From NCBI GenBank assembly GCA_904063045.1, contig CAJFCJ010000005.1:3873689-3937688 (forward strand): a DNA stretch of 64,000 nt. Direction: 5' to 3'. Both the position numbers and the translations under genes were made by a program. The stretch comes from Dimorphilus gyrociliatus. Taxonomy: Eukaryota > Animalia > Annelida. Positions 12,900 through 26,598 of this stretch are shown piece after piece (position 1 is the first letter of the stretch; each line of letters starts with the position of its first letter). The notes under the pieces were generated by a model that saw only the letters and a list, made by a program, of their open reading frames with translations, did not search any database and was not told where the DNA came from.

Positions 12900-13793
12900 A
12901 AAGTAATGCAATTAAAATGTTTACATTTGAAAAAGACGTTTAAAAAGAGGAATAAAAGAGAAAATTGATATGAAAAAAAAAACTAAAAATAATGAAAGAG
13001 AAATTTTTAATTGCTTAGAGATTATTACTATTATTATTTCACGAAGTAAACCAAGCCGTCCATCTATAATAAACTATGCGCTACCACTCGCTTTTCCGTT
13101 TGATTAATGAAAATAAATGAGTGGAAAGAATAGAAAAAAAGGAGCTTAGAATAGTGTAAACTATTGAATCAATGTTTTTACTCTCTGTTCTTATCCTTAT
13201 AGTCTTTTCCGGTACCTCATTAGACGAATTCGAATTGAAACTTGATCAACGACGCCGCATAATAAAACGATGCTAAAATCTGGCTATCCCCTTTTCTGAC
13301 TACTCCTCTCGACCTTTCTGCCTCTCTGTCTTTCTATCTCTCTCTATTACTACTTTTTCTTCCCTATCTGCTTGGGTCTCTTCCTTTTCTTCTCGCTTAC
13401 ATCCTGTTTCTAAATGTACTGTCCATCCTGCCCTCATCTTGTTGTTACAGTCGCCAACTTTTGCACACGACTTTCCTGTCCTTATTCTTGTCCTCAGCTT
13501 TTCGATCTTTCGCTGCATAACTTCCACTTTAGAAATTCTTAGCTTTCTATCAAACGTAATCTTATGACGATCTCTTGACAAGTCGCATGTTAAACTAAAC
13601 TAGGAGTGCAAAATAATTGACGAAGCCTATACGCTTTCTTCCCGAGAGCGTTATTTGTTTTTCGTCCAGCAAAACGTATGTACATAATATTAGGCCCAAA
13701 GTAACGTAAATTGCAAATTTATATGCTAATCCGCGCGGAAAATATGGTCTGATAAAAGGAGAAATGCTGCACGTAGTTTGGGAGAGATGGCGA

Positions 13794-13851
13794 GAGAGTT
13801 TGAGAGTGAGAGAGAGAGAAAGAGAAAGAGAGAAAGAGAGAGAGAGAGAGA
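13794..13851. repeat. (GA)n tract upstream of the GABA-B-like gene
   Basis: gagagagttt...gagagagagaga seen about 110-170 nt before the ATG at 13963. Confidence 0.85.
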
Positions 13852-13962
13852 AAAGGGATTTTGTCGCGCTGACTCCTGAAAGAGTTCGTAACCCGACTGC
13901 ATTTTGCGGGAGACCTGAAACCAGTCTACGGCTGTCGTCAGATTACTTGCGCACCCATTAGA

Positions 13963-16900
13963 ATGTTCACGCGCTTTTTCCTTCTTCTCCTAATACGTTT
14001 AACTACTGAATACAACAATTCAAATACGACATCTAAACTTCCTTTACATATACTTGGACTCTTTCCCTTCCGGGGCTCTTGGAAAGGCGGAGAAGGACAC
14101 TGGCCAGCTATAGAAATTGCTCTTAAGGATGTTAATGAAAAGGAGGGAATGCTAAATGGATACGAATTAAAAATATCCAAAGATGATACTGAGGTAGGTA
14201 TAAATAAATGAAGAAGGCCTTTTCTCTATATAAAGACGGTGAAACGACGACGATCAAATTAATCGTGTGTACTCTTCTCATAAAGCGTTACTGACGCCTT
14301 TGTCGCCTGCAACGACCGTTAAATACTTGCTTTTAGCCTATAGATCTATACTCTAATTTGTCCTCGAAGCGTTCAAACGGATAGAATTTTAGATGAAAAT
14401 CTCCTTTGAAAGCCGTAAATATATATTCCAACGGCTTTAGCTTTACGGCTCTGATTACGCGGTGGTCATCTGCAAATTGATAGCATGCGATTTTTTTGGT
14501 AAAGGGGCGTAGGCAATGGATCTTGTGAGGCTATTATTTATTAACATATGTTCGGGTACTAATATATAATAGGCGTCACCCTGACCAGAGGCGTTCGATG
14601 TATTCTACGAAACGCCCGATTGTTTGATCAACGGTATTTTATTGTTTGATGTCGAATCGTTCTAATCATCCATCAAGCTGAGTTATAGGCCTTTTCACCC
14701 GACCCTTAGTTAGAAAATGCAACTTTTGCGATTAACGCCGACTAAAAAAAGTGTCAACCGCAATACCACAACGATGGTAATCAGCTTCCACACGGAACGG
14801 CTATCGTTATAGAATATTTACTCTGTACTGAGCCATTTTTCTATTTTTCTCCTTCCCCCTCTCTCTACTTTTCCCCATTCAGAATAAAAAAGGTTGAGGT
14901 AAAGGGTTAAAAAAGCTAGAATTAAGTCGGACGTTAAGAAGCGAAAATGGAAAATAATAACTGACAATTGCAATATTGCAGTGTGACCCGGGTAAGGGCA
15001 TTATTCAGATGTTTGAGCGGATCTATCTGAAGAATCAAAAGAGTCTCATAGTACTAGGAGCAGGATGTTCTGATGTAAGTCAAACGACGGCTAGAGTCCT
15101 CAATCACATGAAAATAGTTCAACTCAGCTACACTAGTGCTAGTCCGGCTTTATCCGATAAGAAAATTTACGGGACATTCTTCCGCGTATTTCCACCGGAA
15201 TCCGCTTTTAATGCAGCTAAATTGGCAATGCTGAAGCAATATGGATGGAAAAAAATAGCCACTTTGACCGAAACCAAGGAATTATTCTCAATAGTAATAT
15301 ACGCATCCATCTCTTTATGATTTAACTCTTTTTTTTTATCAAATCTTCTCTTTCTCATTCTCTTTTTTTTTCCCTTCTTTATTTCTTTTCTAGACTACAA
15401 GTAAATTCTTAACAGAAGCTAAAAACGAAGGAATTAAAATTCTAACATCAGAGAGTTTTACAATTGATCCCAGACCGAAAGTTCGCAATATTAAGGTATG
15501 TTATAAAGAATAAATCATTATCTATTATATATAACATAATATATAACATGATATATACTGTATATATATATATATATTTATATATAGGTAATTGGGTTCT
15601 TCCCCTTTTCCCATCTTTTAAGCAATAATTCTGTAATAATTTGAAAAGAAACTATTATTCCTTTGATGTTTTATAGAAGCATGGTGCTAGAATAATTATC
15701 GGTAATTTCTACGCTGACATGGCTCGCCTGGTATTCTGCGAAGCTTATAAAGAGAAAATGTTTGGCGGAAAGTATGTATGGATAATTACCGGCTTCTATA
15801 CGAAAGATTGGTGGAAAGATCGTGTTGACGATGTAGAATGTACGGAAGAAGAGATGGAGAGAGCTGTGGATGGATATTTCAGCATGTCAGCATCAAATCA
15901 TTCGATTACAAACAAAACTGGCATATCCGGAAAAGTGAGTCATGTTTCTTCTAGTAAAGTAATTAATTTCCTAATTATCTAATTCATTAATGACATATAA
16001 GACAACGGACGAATTTGAGAGGGAATACCTAAAAAAAGTCAATTACACGTATCCAACTGGATATGACGAAGCAACTTACGGTTACGACTCGGTTTGGACT
16101 ATTGCTGACGTACTTAATCGAACTATCGAATATATGAAACACAAAGGTTTTTTTCTTTTCTCTTTAATTACGAGGAAATTATCCTCTAACTCTTCCTCCG
16201 TTCATCCGAAAAATGAAAAGGTTTCAATCGATCTATCGAAAACTTCATCTACAAGGACCAAGAGATGTCGGGCATTATTTTTGAAGCTATGAAGGAGACG
16301 TCTTTCGACGGAATGTCGGTAAGATAATTGCCTTATCATAATCCATTATTACCTTTTTTTACTCTTGTCGTTTAACCTGATTCATCCTTTTCTTTTACTT
16401 CTTTTTATCATACTTAAAATAACACAATGATATAAAATACCCTACGGGGAGTTAAAGAAGGCGCGAAACTTCCGGTCTCTTGTGTATTACAACAATAAAA
16501 AGTACTTTTTAGTCGTTTGTCGCCGTGTGACAGAACATTCTAAGTAAGGACTGCAAACAGTATATAAGTTGCTTAGAAGGGCTTAGTAGGCAGTCTAGAA
16601 AAGAAGTAAAGGCGTCAGTTTATTTATTTCCCTACCAAACTTTGAGAATAAGATAAGAATGAGGCGAAGAAGCAGAAGGAGTAGAAGAAGATAATGATGA
16701 ATGTGAAGAAAAACGTAGGAAAGCGAAAAAGAAACCAATAGGAAATAAGTAGAAGGATGAGGGAGAGGTGGGAAGAAGAATTTATATTTAGTTTATGTAT
16801 TAATAATAATAGTTTCCCTCTTTTATAAATTATACGTTCTTTCGCATTTGTATCATCCACCCATTCCGGAAAAATATGATCGGAATTGATTAAGCACTCT

Positions 16901-19859
16901 TTCCGGGTGACAGTTTCGAATAAATCCATTATACTATAGGGCTTAGAGAGAATCGCATAAAATTTCGTCTAATCTTAATTAGCTTTGCTTCTTATTTAAA
17001 AGAGAAAAAAACACTAAAAAAGAGAACTAATGCCAATACTTACATATGCTTTGTGTATACAGCACGCGTTTTGTATATATGTACAGTGTATTTATGTATA
17101 TATGCTCAATATAAACCAGAACAACAAAACTGTAAAATAAAAAAGAAAAGAGAGGAGATGGGTGTTGCTGTTTTTTTTAAATGTTCATTTTTTACTTATA
17201 TCATGTAAAATTGTATAAAAGCTCTATTTTTACCTTTTCCTTTGTCTCCATCTCTTTCCCTTTATTTGTTTCCCAATCTCGCTCTTTCTATACAATTATA
17301 TACACTTCTAATTACGTTACTTTACTCTCATACTTTCATGTATGTATATATATATACTATATATACATATTATATGTTTTACTAATATATATATATATAG
17401 ATATAGATACTTTTGTTTTATATTGCAGGGCAGGGTAATGTTCGATAAAAATGGCGATCGGAAGGGCGTAACGAAAATTGAACAGTGGCAAGCGAACAGT
17501 GGAAAAGTATAAATATTTATCTATAATTCATAAAGATACATTTCGTAGAATTATACCAACGTTAATAGCAATCATAGACGGTAAGTGGATCGCTAATTTT
17601 TCCCCCACAGAAATTGGTAGGTCTCTACGATTCAACTGCAGAAGGGAAGAGGTTATCCTGGTGGGACGAAGAAGTACTGTGGAAGAGTTTGTTAACATTC
17701 CATTCGCTAACTAAATACAAAGTTCCTCCACCCACTTCCGTTTACTTATTACAGGTGGTCATGCGCCACCAGATTCCATTAAGGAAATCGCCATTGCCAA
17801 GGTCATTTCGGTTGCACTTTTTATTGGAATGACGTCACTTGCAGCATTGGGAATTGTTTTATCTATATTATTTCTCGTGTTCAACATCAAGTATAGAAGG
17901 AGAAAGTGAGTATTGTTTTATTCTTTGTACTGCATACAGGCAATTAGCACTTTTTATAACTGTTAACATCCAAAAAGCCGTTACTATCGTATTGATTCAC
18001 CTTTCACTAAGAAAATTACATACTAATTACTTTGGCCTATAACGTTGTCAATATGCAACAGATACATCAAGATGTCCAGCCCGAATTTAAATAACGTAAT
18101 ATTAGCGGGAGCCTTATTAGCATTTTGTTCCATCATACTCGGCGGCAACGCCAATTCGTTAGTGTCTCCAGTTGTTCAACTAATCATGTGCAAGGTTTGG
18201 CATGCTTTTATCGTTACGAATAAATTACTTATACTTTTGTTCTCAACTATCTATCCCTGTTTTTAGTTTCCTTACCCTTCTCCCTTCCTACTAGCTCAAT
18301 CTATCTGTATATCTCCCCCCCTCCCCCTGCCCCCCCGCCCTTCTATCTGCCTCTCCTCTTTTATTTCTCTCTTTATATATTACTCTATTCTTTTATAATT
18401 TTCTTATCTTGCCAGTATAAACTTTCTCATCAACCTTATTCCCCTGCTGTGTTTTCTACCTTTTCCTTTAATTTCCTATCTCTGTCCTGTTCAACTTTTT
18501 AATTTTGCTCCTCTTTTCTCCTCGTGTGCTAACTTAAATACCAATTTGCCTTTATTTGATTATAATTGTTCTTATTTAAACCTAAACAGTTCCATATCTG
18601 GACACTCTCTTTGGGATTTTCATTGGCCTTTGGCGCTATGTTTAGTAAGACTTGGAGAGTTCATAGGATATTTACAAACAAAAAGATTCAAAGAATGGTA
18701 TAGTGTTTGCGTATAACGTCATTGTTCGTTTCGATCCATTCCAGCGATTCGCAACAGGTCATTAAGGACTTTCAATTAATGGCGATTGTTTGCGTCCTCG
18801 TCGGATTGGACGTTCTCATTCTCTCTATTTGGCAGTTTACTGATCCTCTGCAAATTGTATACGTCAATAAGACTTTACAAGCATTCGTAAGTAAAAGTAT
18901 ATGTTACATATATATATATATATTATATATATAATTATGATGTATATTTCACCTAATCTCTTCAAGACTTAGAGAAGAGGTGGAATATCTTGAATAATTA
19001 TGTATTATTTACCTTTATTGAAGTACCGCCATCTATAGCCAGATCCGCACAACGACAACCAGAATCTCATACCCCAAATTCGCTATTGCGAATCGAAACA
19101 CATGTGGTACTTTGCGGGGGCGATCTACGCTATTAAAGGCCTAATTTTAGTATTTGGGGCATTTCTCGCCTTTGAAACTCGTAAAGTGACCGTACCAGCT
19201 TTAAACGATTCAAAATTTATAGGAATGAGTGTCTACAATGTAGTCGTCCTTTGCCTAATTGGAGTACCAATTGCTCTGATATTGAAAGAAGAAATTGAGG
19301 CTTCTTATGTGCTCATATCGCTTTTTATTATGTTTGCAACTACTTTAACTATCTGTTTAGTCTTTATACCAAAGATAGTAAAGAGAAATCATGAATTCCA
19401 ATCGGGAGGAATGTTAAGTAAGTCTTGCGACTCTTCCGCAGCTGCAAGAAGGGCGGATAGGCACGGCCCATTTACGTTTAAATCAGAGGGTAACAGTGCT
19501 GTATTAAGGGACGAAGTATCTAATTTGAAAAATACACTTGAACAAGTAAGTATATATTAAAATATATAAATAGTTAAAACAATCAGAATTAGGATAAAGA
19601 AAAAATTGAGAATAGAAAAGTAAAGAGAACTTGGCTTGGGAAAATGAGAAACATTCTGTTTAAACTTATTAACCCTAAGGGTTTACACTTGTATTATTTT
19701 TCCATATAGCGTGAACGTAGAATAAAGGAATTGGAAGATAAATTTATTGGAATTAACGGAAAATCTCCAATGTCGGAGGAGACAGAATTTACGGGCGATA
19801 TAGGAACAAATCCCGGATTAGATGACAGCGATGATTGTTCGGAAAACGCTATGTGTTAA
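13963..19859 (+). CDS. Metabotropic GABA-B receptor-like class C GPCR (about 825 aa, 14 exons; GB2-like 7TM)
   Basis: Exons 13963-14193, 14982-15293, 15394-15495, 15677-15934, 16002-16146, 16221-16318, 17429-17506, 17611-17686, 17755-17905, 18062-18194, 18590-18697, 18758-18886, 19039-19545, 19710-19859 (2478 nt, in frame). Signal peptide; Venus-flytrap motifs (GAGCS, LSYTSASPALSD, YGYDSVW, FDKNGDR); 7TM motifs (YIKMSSPNLNN, AFGAMFSKTWRVHRIF, ETRKVTVPALNDSKFIGMSVYNV); C-terminal coiled coil. Confidence 0.92.
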
Positions 19860-21848
19860 AAGACTCACGATAAGCCTGTTTTAGTAATATTATTATACTT
19901 TTATGCATTATTATTATAATCATTATCGTACTTGTTAACGTTATTACAATTATGATATTTTTATTGTTGTTGTGTAAAATGGGAAACGAAATTAATATAT
20001 AGGAAAATTGAAAATGCACTGGAGCAATTTCATGCAAAAAGTTGTACACGTTGTATAGACTTCCAATTAAAATGCAACAAATCAAAACATTCTGTGAATA
20101 TTACATACTTCTTTATCTTATTAAAAGGGAATAATAAAAGATAATAAAAAAGCAAAAAAAACATAAGAGTTCCCTAGACGTTTCTAAGAGTAATTTCCCT
20201 CAGCTTAAAGGTTGTGCATAGAAAATGATTTAACATTATTTAATTTTCGTTTACCTATTGCACACATTCAATAGATAAAGCATATTTCTGCTTTTGTATA
20301 AAGATGATGAACAGGAAAATGGAAAAAGGGGATAGAGATGAAAAGGCGATGATAGGAAGAGAGAGAAGGAAATAGACAGAGAGAACGGAGAGAAGAAAAG
20401 AGTAATTTGCAGCGATAGAAATTAACTGAGAAAACAAAAGAAAAAAAGTACAAGTATCTCTGTGTTCTCTTTATTGAACCACCCTTTTCCTATAACTAGT
20501 TTATTTGCCTTTGTAGATTTTTGACAGAGTTTTAAGAGGTGTAAAGAGAAAAAGCGAGAGAGAAAGAGAACAAGATAGAGAGAGAATGATGGAGAAGAAG
20601 AGGAGGGATGAGGGGGAGGGTGTAGGATAGTGACTGAGAGTGAGTGAGTGAATGAATGAAAAAGATATATATAAAGTATATATATATTGCGTAAGCAAAG
20701 GGAAGAAATTATTATTAAAGGAATCCTTTACATATTAAATGTCGCGTGACATAACGATCTGAGAAGGACCGTAAGGAAGAGAAGAAGATAAGTAATTTGT
20801 TACTGGAGATGTACGCATCCAAAATGAAAAATTCTAAATGAAATGGTCCTCTAAACGGGAATCCTCACTCAGGAAATGAAATATCTAATTTATTCGTAAG
20901 CTTGTTAAAAAATAGGAAACAAAAAATAAAGCTTTTTTATACGTTCTGCACGTAATTTTAATAATGAACAGACACTCTGTACTGTGACTTTGTACTTAAT
21001 CCAATAAAAATAATATTAATAATAATACTCTGATAATAGGATAGACTTAAAATAGTTGGACCCCAAAGGAAAAGTCAACTGGACTCGAGATGACTAAGAA
21101 AATAAGAAAAGTTAATAACCCTTTTTGTACTCCTCGAATATTTAAACAGATCAAATGCATTCTACTGCCAACTAGGAGGAAGCGATTACGCACTACATAT
21201 TTCATTAATGGAAATTTTTCCTTCTTGCTTTCGTCTTTTTCTCCATTTTAGCTCATTCGATTTAAAAGGGAAGGCTCAACACGCAAACAAAGAACCAAGT
21301 TGGAACGTGATAGGTCAGCTAATTAATCTAAGAAATTACCTAATTAACATTTTACGGATATTCAGCCAAGGGTCGAAATTATCATATTCAAATAAGACTA
21401 AACATAATAAACAAATCTTTAATAGAGAAATACAACAATTGTTCAATAGATTTCAATGAAACCCAACGAAACTATACACCGTGGTAATGTCATACTTGTA
21501 GTATTTTAATCCAGGGATGAATGACTTATCTGCAAATTCATCTTCTGTTTCTGCTCCTTTTTTCATCAATTCCAATTTTCCAACCCTTCAACAATCTTTG
21601 GCTAACTCTTTCTTTTATTAATGCTTATCTATCAATTATATTTAACTATTAATTGTAAATGTTTATCTGAACTTAAGAAACATTAAAAGGAAGTTTTTAA
21701 TTAATTAAGCTACCAATGGGGAAAGTGTAAAACAGAGAAAAAAAAACAGGTAAATGGAATAAATTAATATTTGCGTGATTTTACGATTTACTCTTGTTTT
21801 TGCTCTTGATCGTTAAAAACAATCCTCTTAGATCTAGAATATTCATTG

Positions 21849-22515
21849 TCATTTTCTTATAATTCGTATTACCAGGTAAAGCTTTGATAGTGTTGAGTTA
21901 CGTGGGTAATTGTACAGTTCGTGTCCAAACTCGTTGAAAAAACTTCTTAGCTTGCTTTTAACGCAAATCAAATTATTTTCTATTACATTTCTAATGAATA
22001 GTAAGACAAAAAGTTGAAAAGGAAATAAAGTAACTCATACCCTTTAAGTTAATAACAACTTTACTATGAAACTTTTGAAACTCAAATTAATAAGTAGTAG
22101 CAGCGAAGGGCATGGAAATTCGTATAATTCCTCTGCTTTTTCTTTAGCTTACTTCCGTTTGTCAAACGTTCTTTATACTTCATGTGAGACGCTTTTCCCT
22201 CTCTTACAGCCGATTGAATAAAGTTTCGATTTTAAGAACATGATTAATTTTCCCTTTGAATTAATCATTTACAATTTTCAAAGTTGATCTAGAAGCTTTC
22301 TCCAATACTATCACACTCTTTAAATATGTCACTACACCATAAATAATAAGAAAGAGCCGAAGCGTTACGTTCTAGACGAGTACTTTAGGCCTACGAGTTG
22401 AGGTATCTTTCGAATTAGCCCCTGCTAAGTGCGTGCTTTTACGTTTATCTTCTTCATCCTCAGACACTACAGACAGCCTCTTCGCTGTTTCTTGTATTAG
22501 CTCAATAGACGTCAT
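21849..22515 (-). other. Possible small spliced orphan gene (about 102 aa) or pseudogene
   Basis: Three putative exons 22515-22395, 22253-22208 and 21990-21849 join in one frame (MTSIELIQETAKRLSVVSEDEEDKRKS...RKINHVLKIETLFNR...NEFGHELYNYPRNSTLSKLYL) with gtaggc/gtaaga donors. No family recognised. Confidence 0.3.
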
Positions 22516-24259
22516 CCTGGGTGAAAAGTAATAAGGAGCTAGGCAAGGTTTCGTGGCGCCATCTTTTGAAAGAGAACATCTGTAAAGCGTCAGTCTTTAA
22601 TATGAAAAAAACCAAATAGTTTGTCCTTATCTTGGCTAAACAATTTCAATATAGTTTTCGATCAACAGGTAAATTATGACTGTCAGTAAATATCAATATA
22701 CATATTTCTCCACTATTTATAGCAATTATTATAATTGAAAGTAAATGTAGTTCACCTGCTGAGCTTTTTTTACATATAAAAGGGAATTTCACATGAGGAT
22801 TTATCGGAATAATAATTCCATTTGGCCGATGATATCAACACACAAGCGAAATTGTCGTTTGTGATTGGGAGTTCTATCTGAGGGGATAGTCCACGAATAC
22901 TAAAAAGACACTTTCACCCTACTATTGAATCTATCCTATCTAATGAATCGTTACGAATACCACTAAACGGGTGTTTTTATACTAATATTCTTTTGAAAAT
23001 TAGCTTTAAGATATTTCTGTCACTCTTCCTAATCTTAGCGTAGCGTTCCTTTCTTTAGATGAGACTAGGAAACTTTTACAATCAATATTTTTTTTTATAT
23101 ATTTTCTACGATAACCTATATTTTACGAATCGTGAGAAGACTCCTTCAATATTTAAACATAACATATATTACTTCCGAAGACCCACTTACGTTCTACTTC
23201 CACCCTTTTATAAACAAATTTTTTTTTAGGGTGTTCTATCTATCTAAACTTTTATACAGAGTATATCATTTTCCTCCTTTTTTTCTCTCTCTCTCTCTCT
23301 TCCTTACAGCTTCGATCATAGTCTCTTATGATATTTTCATACTATTCTGTTGACATTCTTATATCTATAAATCAATTAGTATTTATCAAAATATTATTAT
23401 TGTATAAATATTTAAACTAAAGTAAATATTACAGTTATCTTAATGAATTTAATACTTGATTTTTAGCATATTCATACAAGAAAAAATAAGGGACTCTCCA
23501 GAAAATACACTCTACTAATCCAGGGGTGTGGTAATATGACGAAGAGAGAGAGAGAGAGAGAGGAGATAGGTTAAAAATAAAAGAATAAGAAAAGAAAGAG
23601 ATCAATTTAGCAATAAGAAATTTCTTTATAATTATTCAACAAATTGCTTATATTTCCTCTTTATAAGCTTATAATCTCATGTATATCGTCGTTGGTGGCT
23701 TAGCTTTCTTTCCTTTGTCAGTTTTTCCATTTAATTTTTTTTTTAAAAAAAAAACTAAAGGAAAAAGATCCTTTGTCCACTTTCCGAATGCTATTAATAC
23801 CTATAAAATAATACTATAATTAAGGTCAGCAGAATTGTTAATACTTTTTTTTCCACATATTTAAATAGTTTTTAATGAATAATGTATAGATTTTACATAC
23901 ATTTGTATATATATTTGTGATTTTATATCCATCACACATTGTACATCACTTAACTATGTTTCTATAAATATCCAATATTCACCATAGTTATAAACATATA
24001 TACGTATTCTATATACAGTTACTCAAGTACTTCAATTGTTTTTAAATAGTATTAAATATATAATATAGTATTCATTAACTAAATTACCAAGTTTTTATTA
24101 ATTAATTTTATAGGCCTATAAGATAATAAAAACTGATTTTTCTTCTCTTTTTTATATATTTGTTATATCTAAAGATAGAAAAATAATAGCTTTTTTTTTC
24201 GCCCCTTTTTTCCTGGTTTATTAAAGCTAAACAATTCGGTTTCGTTTTGTAAATCCCAG

Positions 24260-24790
24260 TGCACTTATCCGTATAATCAATATTAACTTCCGGTTGAGCA
24301 CGCGATTGAATGATCCATCGGATGATAAAGGGATAACGAGCGTAAGGTATGTATTTTGTTTATAAATATATATAATATATATCTAAGATCGTAAAAATAG
24401 TTTGAAAGAAAATTAAATAAATCTTTTTTTTTTTTTTTAAAAAAAATATTTTCGGATTATTTAGGTTGCATTTTGGTGAAGATAACAGCAATAGATGTTT
24501 ATTCTCGAGGGGCGTTCTAAGAGGAAAGGGGGTGGCGGAAGCGGCGTATGTTCATATATGAAATATTTAAGATGAAACCATATCGTAAAGATCTGCTTGA
24601 AAAGGTTACAGTGCAAGGTTTAAACAAGAAATTGTCGTAATTTTTGTTCTTTTAATCAATTTCATCCTAATTCATCGGTATCGAAAATGTTTCAGAGGCT
24701 TGAGGCAAATTGACCTTGGTGTTAAAGGAGGCGAGAGAGGGGGGAGAAAGGAAGAAAGAAAATGTAAGGGGAAAAAGAAAATCCGATAAG
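24260..24790 (+). other. Possible spliced transcript (orphan coding exons or lncRNA)
   Basis: Phase-compatible exons 24260-24346, 24465-24545 and from 24696, with gtatgt donors and pyrimidine-rich acceptors. No start exon or homology recognised. Confidence 0.22.
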
Positions 24791-25100
24791 AAGCTTTTAG
24801 AAGTTAAATGTACTCGAACCTAACGACGGTACAAGATTAATTCAATTTAATAAGCTACTCATTCAAAAGATCTATTTCATTAACCAACTCAAAACAACAT
24901 CCTTCTAGCGGGAGAGGGATAGAAGAGAATTAATATAATACGTTTAGGATAACTTGTTTAAACTTTAGGCCTATAATAGTTTTTCTTTCAGTGAAACAAA
25001 CATTAAAATCTACATTGAACCTTACTAATAAAATTAAAAAGTACTTATACAAATATATACATATACCTTTCACTGATTGTAAAAAAAAAGCCTAACTAGG

Positions 25101-25114
25101 CCTATAGATGGCGG
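25101..25114 (+). promoter_or_regulatory. CTCF-like motif CCTATAGATGGCGG, intergenic
   Basis: Fits the CC-N2-TAGATGGCG variant of the CTCF core. Located downstream of the Dmrt gene. Confidence 0.35.
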
Positions 25115-26452
25115 TTTTTCCCTGTGTTTATTAGAAAATAAAGAAAACATAGTATAAGAAGATCAAAAAGAGGGAGAAAAGTTAAAGAATGATTCATTGG
25201 ATAGTCTGACCTCAAAAAAGAAAAGATGAAGGAGAAAGACAAATGGGAAGGATGGGGGATAGAAGGAATTTTTTAAGTTGAAAGAAATCATACCAACTCC
25301 CTTTTTGCTGTTGATATTTTTTGTTACAAAATAAAACAAAGGCATTGTCTTTTTTAAAACAATCAAACACAGTTTTGTAATAAATTCTCGAATTATTTGA
25401 AAGTTCATGTACCAAAATATATAATATAAGATATAGAGTACATGTTCTTGTTAACATCAACGAGTATTAACGATGTCCTATGAATTACTTAGCGGATATC
25501 CGTGTTGAAGAGTAAAAGGGATAAATGGTTGAAAAGTATTTTCTTTTACCTATATATTCTTTAGTTAATATTTGTCTTCTTAAAAAGGGAAATAGGTAAA
25601 CAGCAAGAAAAAGAGGGCAAACTGTTAAAAGAAGTCAATTTAAATATACATATATAAATATCAATTAAGATGATTTAGACCTATAAAAGGCTATAAATAA
25701 AATATTTAACCTTTGAATCAATCAACGTATTAAACTATAGAGGAATCTTTTGATTTTGTAATCCTCTTTCCTAATTTTATTATTTATTAAAAAACACGAA
25801 ATTGTTGAAAAGTAATAGAATATTTTTCATTGGTGTTCTTGTAACTTTCTACTTAAAACAGAGAAAGGAATTCGATAGTTTAAGGAATGAGGAGACAGGC
25901 GAAAATTGGATATATTAGACATTTAACAAAGTTATAAGTTATATATACAATGTACATGTATTGTATACAAGTTGTAGGTTAAATGGGTATATAGTATGTC
26001 TTTAAGAGAACAGTAGCTTAAATGTATGTAAATACGTTAATGGTGCAAAGGAATTGATTAAGAATAAAATGGAGTTAAACTGCTTTCTATTTATCCCTTC
26101 TCCAGACGGTTGTAGGGAAAATACTTGCGCAACCGATAAACCGGACCAGATAACCTTTTGGCGAATGACTTAACAGTCAATTAAACAACGCCTGTTCGCC
26201 TACGTTCGAAGGTGAAGACAAACAAATAAAAGCGGTATATTTAGCGCTCTCAATTCGAAACAAGTGCTGCCAGTTTGTTTTGTTTGCCATCGCCTATACG
26301 GCTTTTAGCAACGCTATACGCAAAGAAAGAGAGGGCTTGTTTTCGTTTTCTACTGTATTTTATTTCTATATAATATTATTACACAAAAACTATAAATAGA
26401 CGCCTCCAGTTTTTTTGTTTTTTTGTTCCATACTCGTTCTCCTTCTCTTTCT

Positions 26453-26460
<8 letters not shown>

Positions 26461-26497
<37 letters not shown>
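26461..26497. repeat. (CT)n microsatellite in the Dmrt 3' region
   Basis: Perfect CT run. Similar runs lie at about 45523-45550, 48165-48196, 54706-54746 and 59311-59345. Confidence 0.9.
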
Positions 26498-26506
<9 letters not shown>

Positions 26507-26598
26507 TTCTCTCGTTAACATACATACAATCTTTTTTCTGTTTTGTTCATTCTAGCATATTCCATTTTTCTTAAAAAATAAATACAACTTTGAATTTT

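Noticed and set aside
13300-13581. 93-aa basic ORF divergent from the GABA-B-like gene
   Set aside because: TTG start, GA-rich low-complexity second half, no homology recognised.
21480-21620. Frame KELAKDC-TGA-RVGKL suggesting a Cys-Sec selenoprotein
   Set aside because: The frame is closed upstream by TAA TAA with no good acceptor, matches no selenoprotein family I know, and no SECIS was identified.
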